Shown: positions 7,798 through 17,149 of the stretch, one piece after another
How the letters are laid out: each line of letters begins with the position of its first letter
Position numbering within the stretch: the stretch's first letter is position 1
Virus record (IMG/VR): IMGVR_UViG_3300009124_000003
Reading direction: 5' to 3' (one strand)
Source of the DNA: a virus
Length of the DNA stretch: 23,980 bases
Made by a program: the position numbers and the translations under genes
Notes under the pieces: generated by a model
What the model saw: only the letters and a program-made list of their open reading frames with translations
Databases searched by the model: none
Told to the model about the DNA's origin: nothing

Positions 7798-8099
7798 GAT
7801 TGATTAGCCTTCCACCGGTCACGTTCCGCACGGGCACGTTCCGCAGCACGACGCTGACCCATCTTCGACTTGCGATCCTTCTGGTACTGCTCGTAGCTCG
7901 TGTAGTAGAACTCGGTGAGGACAGGCGTCTTCTGGCTACCAGGGCAACGCGTGGAGAAGTTCTCCTCGTGAACCGGGATCTCAGGGGCCGAACCGGCCTT
8001 ATGCTTGATGCCGAGCAGCTTCTTGTGAGAGTGGAGCTTAGCGCCGCACTTCGGGCACTTACCAGCGACCGGTTGTTCTGTGTTCTTCTGCTTAGCCAT
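7794..8099 (-). CDS. Small basic putative Zn-binding protein
   Basis: CPKCG...H...CPGS with a basic helical C-terminus; TGATG coupling and a GGAG SD. Confidence 0.8.
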   Translation of the reverse strand: MAKQKNTEQPVAGKCPKCGAKLHSHKKLLGIKHKAGSAPEIPVHEENFSTRCPGSQKTPVLTEFYYTSYEQYQKDRKSKMGQRRAAERARAERDRWKANQS

Positions 8100-8980
8100 C
8101 AGAACGGCTCCTTGAGAGCTAGGTAGTGGCGAGCTACAGACAGCTCACTGTGCTCGCCTTCGACGTAGCCACGAAGCATCGCACCGTGGTGCGGTTCGTA
8201 CTTGCGGATCTCGCCTGCTAGCCAGTCGGCATCGACAAGGTGCTTGTTGTAACGTCCTGAGAGGTTGTTCTTGCGCCACTCACGTACGAAGTCGGGGTGA
8301 AGGTAGCCGTCGCCGCCTCGCTTATCAGCGACGACGACAGGACGGCCGCAAGCCATCGCCTCGTACGCTCCACGTCCGAGTGAGATCACGAGATCAACAC
8401 TGTTCATGACTTCTTGAGGGTTGAGGCTGCGACCGTATGCACGGCCTAGCTTCACTAGCTCCACACCCGCCTTCGTAGCTGCCTGTTCTACGATGCTACC
8501 GAAGAGGTGGTCGCCGTTGTTCGATATGTACAGTGCTCGTTTTGGGGTTGTGTTCAGCTTGGTGTCTGGTTGGAACAGTGCAGTGTTGATCGGGTTACGG
8601 ATCACGTAGGTATCGGTGACGCCTGGCTTGCCTTTGATGGCTTCTTGCACTTCTTCGCTGACAGCTACGTGAATGTCGGCGTTAGGGTGCGGTTTCTCTT
8701 CGCCGGGGATGATACCGTGGCAGGTTTGGATGATCGTGTCGCAGCGTTCACGCAGGTTGGTGTTGTCTACCATGGACATGTGGTTGAACATACCGAGGGC
8801 GTATTCGCCGTGGGGTCGTTCGAGTCGAACCTGAGGGAAGTCGGGCAGTAGGTTGTTGACGCCTCGACAGGCGATGGTTACGTCATGCCCTAGCTTACGC
8901 AGGGCTTTCGCCATCGTCACCGTCCACACTTCGCTCCCGCCTAGTTGGCTTAGGGATCGGGTTGCTAGAAGTATCTTCAA
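8099..8980 (-). CDS. GT-B fold glycosyltransferase (family 4-like)
   Basis: MKILL....GGSE....A.AL..LGHDVTI, VAVSE, IRNPINT.LF, DLVISLGRGAYEAMACGRPVVV; TTG start with GAGGAG SD. Confidence 0.88.
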   Translation of the reverse strand: MKILLATRSLSQLGGSEVWTVTMAKALRKLGHDVTIACRGVNNLLPDFPQVRLERPHGEYALGMFNHMSMVDNTNLRERCDTIIQTCHGIIPGEEKPHPNADIHVAVSEEVQEAIKGKPGVTDTYVIRNPINTALFQPDTKLNTTPKRALYISNNGDHLFGSIVEQAATKAGVELVKLGRAYGRSLNPQEVMNSVDLVISLGRGAYEAMACGRPVVVADKRGGDGYLHPDFVREWRKNNLSGRYNKHLVDADWLAGEIRKYEPHHGAMLRGYVEGEHSELSVARHYLALKEPF

Positions 8981-9071
8981 TGGTTCGCTCCTCGTAGATG
9001 GTTACGCCTGCATCAATGAGTGCTTGGATGCCGGGGATGTTGCTGGATGTGATCTTCTTTCGCCGTCTCAT
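8895..9071 (-). CDS. Putative leaderless 58-aa protein (not in the ORF track)
   Basis: MRRRKKITSSNIPGIQALIDAGVTIYEERT...GESPA; ATG exactly 6 nt after the -10 TAGGGT; overlaps the glycosyltransferase 5' end. Confidence 0.5.
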   Translation of the reverse strand: MRRRKKITSSNIPGIQALIDAGVTIYEERTIEDTSSNPIPKPTRRERSVDGDDGESPA

Positions 9072-9077
9072 GTGTTT

Positions 9078-9107
9078 ACCCTATATCGTTTACATGTCTA
9101 TCGTCAA
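9078..9107 (-). promoter_or_regulatory. Promoter TTGACG-N18-TAGGGT
   Basis: Same architecture as the other five promoters. Confidence 0.7.
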
Positions 9108-9123
9108 GCGTAATCGCAAAACG

Positions 9124-9321
9124 TTAACCTCGCTTCTTTGCATCCTCTTCGCGCTCTTTTTCAAACTCTGTAGCAGCCCGCATTAGAATGAGGTGGCGGG
9201 TCTGGTCGGGAAGCTCTGCCAGCTCTTCGAGTGAAAGCTCCTGAAGATTAGGAAGTTCTAGGTGCGGCTGAGTGTTGATCGGTCGATTTTCATCCCCGTA
9301 TCGGATGCGTCCAGTAGGCAT
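9124..9321 (-). CDS. Hypothetical protein
   Basis: Starts 3 nt after the upstream stop, with an AAAGGA SD. Confidence 0.65.
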   Translation of the reverse strand: MPTGRIRYGDENRPINTQPHLELPNLQELSLEELAELPDQTRHLILMRAATEFEKEREEDAKKRG

Positions 9322-9324
9322 AGC

Positions 9325-9549
9325 TTACGATCCTTTCCTGTCTGATTTGACCATCTCATATATTCCGCGCAAATAAACAGCGCGCAGCTCATCTTTTTCG
9401 ATGTCTTGAGGCTTCATACGCCCTTCGAACATTGAAAGCAGATATCCAAATGCAGACACGTTTGAGCTACGCAGCTCCTGCATTGCCGGTGTTTCTTTAA
9501 AAACACGTGTGTCATCGAGCATCCATGCTTTATCTTTATCATTAATCAT
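9325..9549 (-). CDS. Hypothetical protein
   Basis: ATG 9549 has a GGAGG SD and overlaps the end of the giant gene. Confidence 0.7.
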   Translation of the reverse strand: MINDKDKAWMLDDTRVFKETPAMQELRSSNVSAFGYLLSMFEGRMKPQDIEKDELRAVYLRGIYEMVKSDRKGS

Positions 9550-12500
9550 TGAGTGCCTCCAAGCGTCTTGCAGTTTCATCCAAAATATACTCTGTTCGTG
9601 CTGCGCCTTCAAGACCGATCGGCACATCTAGCGACTCAGAAATAAGCTTAGCACGTTCTGTCAGTTTATCCCAAGGCCGTTTTTCACGGTAGTCATCAGC
9701 GGACGAAATTTCGTTTGAAACAAGCATGGCAGTTCTGTTGAGCAGAATAACACGGTTATCACTGAACTGTCCGTATGAGTTCATACCATCATATCCTAGA
9801 AGGAGCGCTGCTGATGAAAGACCGTTTTTGAACTCACCATTGTTGTCTGTTGAAGCCGAACTAAGCATTAAGTCTAGCGCTTCGACAAGGTCTGCTGTTT
9901 CGGGGTTACTTGCCCACTCTCTACGAAGCATCACCAAGGGATCGTCGTCATTTGCTGACCCGGGGTTTTCTCTTTCCATCTCGTAATTTGTAACGGTTTT
10001 ACGCATCCGGTCGATTGTAGTCATGTTTGCTGATGGGCTAATCGCTCCACGAATAACACCTCCGCTCGGTCCTGCATATGTAGCAGCGTCATGTGCTGTT
10101 GTGTTTTCGTTTCTAACATTTTCTGGAGCGGCATCTCTATCAACAGCAAAGTACAAGCCAGCACCGTCAACACCTTCACCAATCGGAAGGTCTCCGTTTT
10201 CAATATGCCGCTTCTGTATCTCCACGTTACCACCACGCGAAAGCGGCACTGCTCCAGAGACGTAAATAACTTGCTCAAGCTCTTCTTCAGTAACACGCAA
10301 GTTCTTACCATCGAAGCCACGAATCTCAATCAAAGCCTCAATCAATTCACGACCCGCATAGCCCGAACCCGTTTTGCTTGTTTGATCATATTCAAGCGGC
10401 CCACCAGTCAGCGACCCCATAGTTTTTCTACGTTCACGCAGGTTCTCTAGCGCAGCAACAATAGCGGGGTTATTGCGAATAACGTCGGCAAGTTCGTCAC
10501 GATGTTCTGGACTTACCAAACTATCAGCAATCTGATGTGCCTGAACCGCAAGTTCGTCAATTTCAGCATGCCCACGGGTTACGCCTTCGACGGGTTCGTG
10601 GTCATCAACATCAATGTCGGGGTTCTTTGCTCTTGTGGCGTTTCCAACTTCTGCGGTTTTGTCTTTCAAAGCAGCAGCAGGAGTGTTTTCTGTTCGACTG
10701 CTTTCAATTCCGAAGCGCATCTCAGACTCAAGTCTTTGTAATTCTTGGATTACTTCACTTTCAATTTCTTTACGTTGTCGCACAGTTTCTTTAAGTTTTT
10801 GCTGCTGCTCTTGTAGGCGTTCAAACTTTTCTGCAAAACCGTCGGGCAGGTCTTCCACAATCCTGTCAATCTTGGCCTGCACCTCTTCAGGTGCTGGTAA
10901 TTCAGGAGCGGCTGGAGCATCGGATGGGTTTCGTGGAGGTGGACCGCCACGCCGACCTTCAGGCATTGCATTCGAAAGATCGGCAGCGAACTGTTCAAGT
11001 GTGCGTACTGTGTCGAGATCATCTAGTAGTTGTTCACGCAGCTCTTCATCAATGTCATCGAGTTCGCTGATTGCGGAACGAAGTTTGTCGAAATCGCTTG
11101 GTTCATCTTCATCAGCGAACCAGTCATCTTCTCCGCCAAGTGTGCTGGGCAGCTTCAGATAGAGGTCTGTGTCTCTTCTCGGAGTCATCAGCTCTTTAAG
11201 TGGTTGGCCATCAACCATAAAGTCTTCCCCAAGCGCATCGTAGACACGCCGCAATGGAGCCTGGCTAAGGCCGTCCTCACCAAACTGCCATCCGACTATT
11301 GAATTAGTGAGGGCTTGATAGCCGGGGTTTCCGTCAGGGCCTGTAGGCAGATTGGAAACGTCCAGGTTCGGAAAGTTTTGTTTCATTGTGGAGACGGGGT
11401 CAGCAGCTTCTGCTGTCTGGCTAGGAATCAGGTCAACATCATCTGCGACCTCAGCCACATCTTCAATGACATCATCAGAATCAATACCTATTGCTGCTCG
11501 GTTATCGTCGTTGAGACTAACTTCAAGCTTCTTGTTAATGTAATCCACGATTGCGTCTGAGCCAGGGAATTTCTTACCTTCCGTAACCCATGCGACTGCT
11601 TCAGCAAACAATTCCATACCAGCCTGGCTATCCGCGTCGTCGCCAATGTTGAACAGCTCGTCTCGTTCTCCCGTATGATTCATCCACTGCATAAGGTACT
11701 GGAAGTAGTTTTCGGTATCGTACCAATCGCTAACACCGTCGGGTGAAATCCGGTCCAGGAATCCAGACTCCTTCAGGTCTTTAAACAGCCGCTCTCGCAG
11801 TTCACGCCACTCTTCATCGTCTTCAACGTCGAGACTTCCTGCCAAAAGGTAGTGAAGTCCGTGAGCATTTTCGTGGATCAAGATGCGTTCTCTAAGTCCT
11901 TCGAGAGTAATCGCTGCGTCGTAACCGGTGTCGGGATTCTGGATGGCCCCGTCAAAAAACTCTTTCATGTTCCTTACTTCCATAAGGGGCATATTTCCAT
12001 CTGAGTTGGCCCACTTCCTGAACTCGTCAAAAGAAATGCCTTTCTCTTTGAAAATATCAGCGAAAAGTGTTGGGTGCAGGTAAATAGCGTGCTCTCCAGG
12101 CATGTAGGCTCCGCCAAACGAATTGATCTCTTCACCGCTAAGACCAGTGGGGGCGATCATAACCCTAGACGTAGAACGAAGCTCAGGGTTGATCAGGTCA
12201 AGGATTTCACTCACCTCCTTCTGGAATTCTTCGCTGTCCATCACTGCTGCGATGCCTTCAGAAATGTTAGTATCGGTCACGTCGTAAGAAGCGGTGACAG
12301 GCTCAAAATATCCATCGAGATATTCAGCGTTTTCGCCTGCGTATCGCTCGTCAAGTAGATCAATGTGTTCCTGCATGGCGGCAACGTAATGACCTAAACG
12401 AGAGTCGGGGTCAGAAATATCTATCCCATTCTCTTCTGCCCATTGAATCGTGGCGTCAAGCTGCAACTGTGCATTGTCTCGAAGGACCTTCATCTGTTCA

Positions 12501-15500
12501 GGAGAGCGGTAAACGAAACCGGAGTGCTCGCCCTTGCGGTTAGAAAGGGAATCAGCAGCACGTCCAGCATCACTAGACAAAGAGGGGTACACCTCGCTAA
12601 TCTCATCGAGAATGACGTCAGAGTCGTTGAAGTCAGAGAGTAGCTGGGAACTGCGCGAAGGCTGCCCGGGGGACGCTGGTTTGCGCGAATCGTCAGCACC
12701 TCCCAGAAGGGGACGCTGTCGCTGTTCGAATGGTATCTCCTCAAATGGTAGTGGATCATTCTCCCAATCTCGCTCGCCTCTAATATCGCGTTGGCGTTGA
12801 GCTTCTTCCTCTTCAAAACGACGCTGATTCTCGGCGTCTCGCCTGGCCCGCTCCCACTCTTCAGTCGTGATATCAATACGCTCAGGCATCGCCCCAATCC
12901 GACCATCACGATTAGGACGGTCTCCATCAAACAGCATTCCCATAATCTCGTCAATTGGATCAGGATCATCGTCAGCCAAAATCTCACGAATCGGACTATC
13001 ATCCCTAAAGCTCACAGCAAGTCTACGAATTTCGTCTTCTTTTTCCTTAGAAAAACGATTGTGCGGAGCACGAGCAGGTCGATAAAAGCCCTCATACCTA
13101 CTACCGTCATTCATGTCAAGATCCCCACCAGGGTCCCTGTTAAACTCATAACGCAACCCGACACCATTACCAATCATGATGTCTGAATCAATGTCTCCGT
13201 CACCTGCGGGCTCATAACCCTCCATCAAACGATGAAGCTCTCGCACGTCATCTTCCCAAGTGTCTTGTCGTGGGAAATAAACCGTTACGCCTTTTCCGCG
13301 TTGACGCCTGTTACGGGGGTCAAAATCATTAGTTGCATCCCAGAACGACTCTTCAGCGATCTTCATACCCCATCCTCGTTCGACAGCGGTATCGTAGATT
13401 CGGTCCAAAACTTCGTCTACTTCAGCGTCGGACGTAGAATAAACGTGTCCTTTGTAACCAGAATTTGTTTTCGGGTAAAGCATCTGTTGGAAATCAACTC
13501 CGTAAGGAAGTGGCTTGCGTTCCCAGTTTCTACCTTCAGGAACAACCCTTTCAGGAAGGTCGGCGGCAGGTGTCTCCGCCGCTGCTTCCGGGTGACCAGG
13601 ATCGTAAGGCTGAAGATCACGCATACCCACGTCACGAATGTTTCGACCGTTGATCGAAATGTAATCGTTCGGGATAGGCTTCGTTAGGACAATAGACTGT
13701 TCAGTCACTCCCGTAATGTCATAAAACGCATCTGACGCAAACACAGACCCGCCAAGCCGCTCTGACAGATCCCTTACTACCTGCCCTTCAAACAACAAAG
13801 GCTCAGGTGACAGATCTTCAGCAACAATCGCTCCGTCGTCCAATGCTCGTCCTAGATCAATTTCTAGAAGAGCCGTGGGCTGTTCGTTGCCGTCGGCGTC
13901 AAGGTGAGGGTCTGCAAAATGGTCAATCTCGGCACGAGACTCACTCAAGAAAACGGCGTCACCGATACCTTGATTGCTGTCCACTCTACTAACAGTGCGA
14001 GGTACCAGGCCTTCATTTCGGATTGAGTCAATCGTTTCAGCGACTGGCTGAGCCGGGTTGGGTTCGTCGTCCCTGAGGCCCTGAAGTGAGCGCCCGTAGT
14101 TGTTGTCAAAGTTTCGTACAGCGTGCCAAGCACGGCCACGGCTAGCAACGCCTCGACGCCACCTGGAAGTGCGTGCTTCCACTTCTGTTTGTACAAGTTG
14201 GCTAGATCCGACTTCGCGCACGCTTAGGCGACGGATAGTTGATCCGCCGTCGGGTCCTTCTTCAACGGTAAAGAAAATGCGGTCATCGTAAGGATCGTCA
14301 ACGTCCCCTCTGAGCACTCCTAGACTCTTTCCGCCATCATAATCAGTCATGCCGAAACCAGCAGACTCCATATGGGCACGGACTTCATCGGGCGACTGAG
14401 GAACATTCTTTTCGTTAGAAGAACCCACAAACAACTTATCAGGTGCGTCAGGCAAGGGAGGAGCTTCGCCTTCATCGTGGCCAGGGTTACCGGTTGAGAA
14501 GTTGTCACGGATCTCACGGTAACGCTGCTCTTCAGCTTCACGCAGCATAGCGCCGAACTGTGGGCCAGGCTTAATGCCTTGGTCCTGCAATTCGTTAGCT
14601 GTCAACGCAGGCGGAGCGTCCGCAAACTGAAGGAACGGCTCAATGTCGTCTTCGGTCTCAGGCTGCACCCGGTGGAACGCCCGCATATCATCACCCGAAA
14701 CACGACGGTTCTTGCCGAACTTGTTCTTCAAAGTAGCTACATTACCATCGTTAATGCTGCGGGCCTGCATAATCAGTTCCACGTCAGCAATTTCGTCGTT
14801 TGTGAACTTACGGTCCTTCAATACGGTCTTTACATCTTCAATGTCGTTGTCAGCCAGCAGTGAAGCAACCAAGGCCGCACGGTTACTGTAAGAACCGTCA
14901 TCGGGCAAACGATCTGGGCTTACGTTCAGACCAGGGAACACCTGCCCCCACACGGCACCGGTACCGTTATCAACAATGTCGATTTGGCGAATGTACCCAG
15001 AAGGAGAAACAGCCGAGTCAATGCCTCGAACAAACTCATCTCGGACACGCTCACCCGACACACCACGCAACGCCGAGTTAGCTCGGATAGCGTCAACCGT
15101 GGCAGAGTCCATGCCCCAGCCGGTACGGCCAGAGAAACGGAACGCACGAAGGATTCGCAGCGGGTCTTCACGGAAACGCTCTGCCGGGTCACCGACAGCA
15201 CGAACAACACCGTTCTCGATGTCATCAATGCCTCCAACGTAATCCACGATCTCGTTAGTGGAGAGGTCGTAGAAGAGAGCGTTCATGGTGAGATCACGAC
15301 GACGCACGTCTTCGTCAATCGTGGTGAACTCGACTTCGTCGGGGCGGCGACCTTCGCCAACGTCACGTCGGAAGGTTGCGATCTCGTACTCTTCGCCGTC
15401 GGGCATGTTGACGCGCACAACCGCAAAGTCTTTACCGGTCAGGTCCAGGCGAGCGCCCGGAACGTCAGCAAGCATGGCTTCGATTTCGTCTGGTGTGGCG

Positions 15501-17149
15501 TTCGAAGCGAGGTCGTAATCTTTGATTTTTCGACCCATCAGGGTGTCACGAACAGCGCCCCCGACAAGGTAAAGCTCGAATCCCGCAGCGTCGAATCGTT
15601 CCTTGATCGGATCAAGGCTATCAGGGGTTGGGATATTGGCTTCACGACGGACCGGCTCAGGAGCAGCTTCTGTGTCAACACGAACATCGCCGTAAACGTG
15701 AACTTGAGAAGCTTTAACAAAGCGGCCAGTCTCCGGGTCACGCACAGTATGAGGCGTGAAAGTAACGGCGGCGCCCGTAGCGATGTTGTCGGTAGGTACT
15801 TCGACTACGTCTGCAAACGGAAGTTCTGGGTTTTTATTTTGAACAATAAAGCGGCCAGTGTTTGGATCGCGCAAAGTGTGAGGTTTGAAATCAGGGTCAA
15901 GTGCTTGACCGAACGTACTTTGCAACTGTGTATTAATTTTGCCCAATTCTTCGTCAGTCGGACGATCCTTACCGTAGCCTTTAAAGTTTCCATACAGCCA
16001 CTGACTAAAAGAGCTGTACTCTTCCCTAAGCTGCCCAAGGGGAGTCTCAACAGGAACATCAGCAATGTCAAACAGCGCTTCTTGAGTATCGTCAGCGTCA
16101 TCACGATCAAGCCACGCAGCAAGGCCAGGGTTGCGCGCCCTAAATGCCGACTCCACAAGGTTACCAAACCCGCGCGGGTAGTTGATAATTTCAGGAGCTT
16201 CTGCTGGCCTGTCGCCAACCTTGCGACCACCGTAAAGATCGCCCGCCTCTAGCCAAGCCTCCCACGTGTAACCGTTTTTCACCCAATGCTCATTGATTTT
16301 ATCTTGACGAATTTCGTCCAAAACCATGTCAAAGTCGTAGCCTCTTTCCAGCCAAGATTCCCTTGTCCAGCCTTCACTTTCCAACCACGCATCAATTTCA
16401 GCTTCTCTCCGCGGGGCCGCCTCTGCTTCAACTAGATCTTCCCAGGCTTGCAGGGCGTCTTGACGAGTAACATACGCTGTCACCTTCTTTGAATCGTCAT
16501 CAGCACGAACAACTTGCAAGTCTCGATGGGCATTAGGATTAGGGCTAGGGATAAATAGTGTTTCAGGCAGTCGTGGGTCAGTTGGCGAAATGGGCGTTTC
16601 ATTCTTTGGTAGAAGTAGACCGTTAGCGTTGGTCGCCCAATGTGCCTCAGCTTCCCGCCGACCAGGGAACGGGAAACCAGCGTGGTCCAAAGCCTCTACT
16701 CCGTGGAAGCGGCGGTCGTCAGGAACAAACACACGCAGCGGTTTGCCGTCTTTATCGACATCCGTGGCTCGTAGCACGAGCATGTCGCGCTTAGGGGCCG
16801 GAGGCGGTCCGTCTAGATTGCCGAACAGCGAACCGATTGTGCCGCCGACACGGTCACCAATAGTTCCGTTCTGCTCACGCGCAGATAGAGTACCGCCGCT
16901 CCAAGACTGGCGGTAAGGGACAGGGCGTCCTTCTCTGTCTACGATTAGAGTGTTGCGGGTGTCCTGAATGCTGGTGCCAGGGGTTCCAAGTCCAAGCTCC
17001 AGGCCAGTTAGGGCGCTAACAATGCGCGTTCCTGCCGGACGCTCAAAAAGCGTCCCTTCCTGAACAATGCCGTCGTTATCAGCATCAGGAGAGTCTGGAT
17101 TGTAAGGGTCTGGGCGAATGCCGCCCCATCTTGGTGATCCAATAGCCAT
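9542..17149 (-). CDS. 2535-aa polyvalent protein: CCA-adding nucleotidyltransferase, Tpt1/KptA-like ART, phosphothreonine-lyase-like domain, zincin peptidase and C-terminal ART
   Basis: Single uninterrupted ORF. CCA: VGGAVRD..DYD, EDVRRRDLTMNA, RFREDPLRILRAFRF, GIKPGPQFG. ART1: WHA..SIRNEGLVP..VFLS..LLEID..IP..YI. Lyase-like: GYKGHVYS..K..GKGVTVYFP..SD..LRY. Zincin: HENAH..ELFAEA. ART2: GAGLYFA..A.TYA..GYDG..VILLNR. Confidence 0.9.
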   Translation of the reverse strand: MAIGSPRWGGIRPDPYNPDSPDADNDGIVQEGTLFERPAGTRIVSALTGLELGLGTPGTSIQDTRNTLIVDREGRPVPYRQSWSGGTLSAREQNGTIGDRVGGTIGSLFGNLDGPPPAPKRDMLVLRATDVDKDGKPLRVFVPDDRRFHGVEALDHAGFPFPGRREAEAHWATNANGLLLPKNETPISPTDPRLPETLFIPSPNPNAHRDLQVVRADDDSKKVTAYVTRQDALQAWEDLVEAEAAPRREAEIDAWLESEGWTRESWLERGYDFDMVLDEIRQDKINEHWVKNGYTWEAWLEAGDLYGGRKVGDRPAEAPEIINYPRGFGNLVESAFRARNPGLAAWLDRDDADDTQEALFDIADVPVETPLGQLREEYSSFSQWLYGNFKGYGKDRPTDEELGKINTQLQSTFGQALDPDFKPHTLRDPNTGRFIVQNKNPELPFADVVEVPTDNIATGAAVTFTPHTVRDPETGRFVKASQVHVYGDVRVDTEAAPEPVRREANIPTPDSLDPIKERFDAAGFELYLVGGAVRDTLMGRKIKDYDLASNATPDEIEAMLADVPGARLDLTGKDFAVVRVNMPDGEEYEIATFRRDVGEGRRPDEVEFTTIDEDVRRRDLTMNALFYDLSTNEIVDYVGGIDDIENGVVRAVGDPAERFREDPLRILRAFRFSGRTGWGMDSATVDAIRANSALRGVSGERVRDEFVRGIDSAVSPSGYIRQIDIVDNGTGAVWGQVFPGLNVSPDRLPDDGSYSNRAALVASLLADNDIEDVKTVLKDRKFTNDEIADVELIMQARSINDGNVATLKNKFGKNRRVSGDDMRAFHRVQPETEDDIEPFLQFADAPPALTANELQDQGIKPGPQFGAMLREAEEQRYREIRDNFSTGNPGHDEGEAPPLPDAPDKLFVGSSNEKNVPQSPDEVRAHMESAGFGMTDYDGGKSLGVLRGDVDDPYDDRIFFTVEEGPDGGSTIRRLSVREVGSSQLVQTEVEARTSRWRRGVASRGRAWHAVRNFDNNYGRSLQGLRDDEPNPAQPVAETIDSIRNEGLVPRTVSRVDSNQGIGDAVFLSESRAEIDHFADPHLDADGNEQPTALLEIDLGRALDDGAIVAEDLSPEPLLFEGQVVRDLSERLGGSVFASDAFYDITGVTEQSIVLTKPIPNDYISINGRNIRDVGMRDLQPYDPGHPEAAAETPAADLPERVVPEGRNWERKPLPYGVDFQQMLYPKTNSGYKGHVYSTSDAEVDEVLDRIYDTAVERGWGMKIAEESFWDATNDFDPRNRRQRGKGVTVYFPRQDTWEDDVRELHRLMEGYEPAGDGDIDSDIMIGNGVGLRYEFNRDPGGDLDMNDGSRYEGFYRPARAPHNRFSKEKEDEIRRLAVSFRDDSPIREILADDDPDPIDEIMGMLFDGDRPNRDGRIGAMPERIDITTEEWERARRDAENQRRFEEEEAQRQRDIRGERDWENDPLPFEEIPFEQRQRPLLGGADDSRKPASPGQPSRSSQLLSDFNDSDVILDEISEVYPSLSSDAGRAADSLSNRKGEHSGFVYRSPEQMKVLRDNAQLQLDATIQWAEENGIDISDPDSRLGHYVAAMQEHIDLLDERYAGENAEYLDGYFEPVTASYDVTDTNISEGIAAVMDSEEFQKEVSEILDLINPELRSTSRVMIAPTGLSGEEINSFGGAYMPGEHAIYLHPTLFADIFKEKGISFDEFRKWANSDGNMPLMEVRNMKEFFDGAIQNPDTGYDAAITLEGLRERILIHENAHGLHYLLAGSLDVEDDEEWRELRERLFKDLKESGFLDRISPDGVSDWYDTENYFQYLMQWMNHTGERDELFNIGDDADSQAGMELFAEAVAWVTEGKKFPGSDAIVDYINKKLEVSLNDDNRAAIGIDSDDVIEDVAEVADDVDLIPSQTAEAADPVSTMKQNFPNLDVSNLPTGPDGNPGYQALTNSIVGWQFGEDGLSQAPLRRVYDALGEDFMVDGQPLKELMTPRRDTDLYLKLPSTLGGEDDWFADEDEPSDFDKLRSAISELDDIDEELREQLLDDLDTVRTLEQFAADLSNAMPEGRRGGPPPRNPSDAPAAPELPAPEEVQAKIDRIVEDLPDGFAEKFERLQEQQQKLKETVRQRKEIESEVIQELQRLESEMRFGIESSRTENTPAAALKDKTAEVGNATRAKNPDIDVDDHEPVEGVTRGHAEIDELAVQAHQIADSLVSPEHRDELADVIRNNPAIVAALENLRERRKTMGSLTGGPLEYDQTSKTGSGYAGRELIEALIEIRGFDGKNLRVTEEELEQVIYVSGAVPLSRGGNVEIQKRHIENGDLPIGEGVDGAGLYFAVDRDAAPENVRNENTTAHDAATYAGPSGGVIRGAISPSANMTTIDRMRKTVTNYEMERENPGSANDDDPLVMLRREWASNPETADLVEALDLMLSSASTDNNGEFKNGLSSAALLLGYDGMNSYGQFSDNRVILLNRTAMLVSNEISSADDYREKRPWDKLTERAKLISESLDVPIGLEGAARTEYILDETARRLEALND

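Noticed and set aside
14500-15635. Poly(A) polymerase (pcnB) call
   Set aside because: The GRRF-type signature is absent and a CCA-type C-terminal tail is present.
14984-16252. 422-aa + strand ORF and other ORFs antisense to the giant, primase and lysin genes
   Set aside because: Shadow ORFs opposite well-supported genes, with no recognisable motifs.
9542-17149. Intein or frameshift-fusion explanation for the giant ORF
   Set aside because: No intein splice motifs or LAGLIDADG blocks were recognised, and the domains are joined by natural-looking linkers in one frame.
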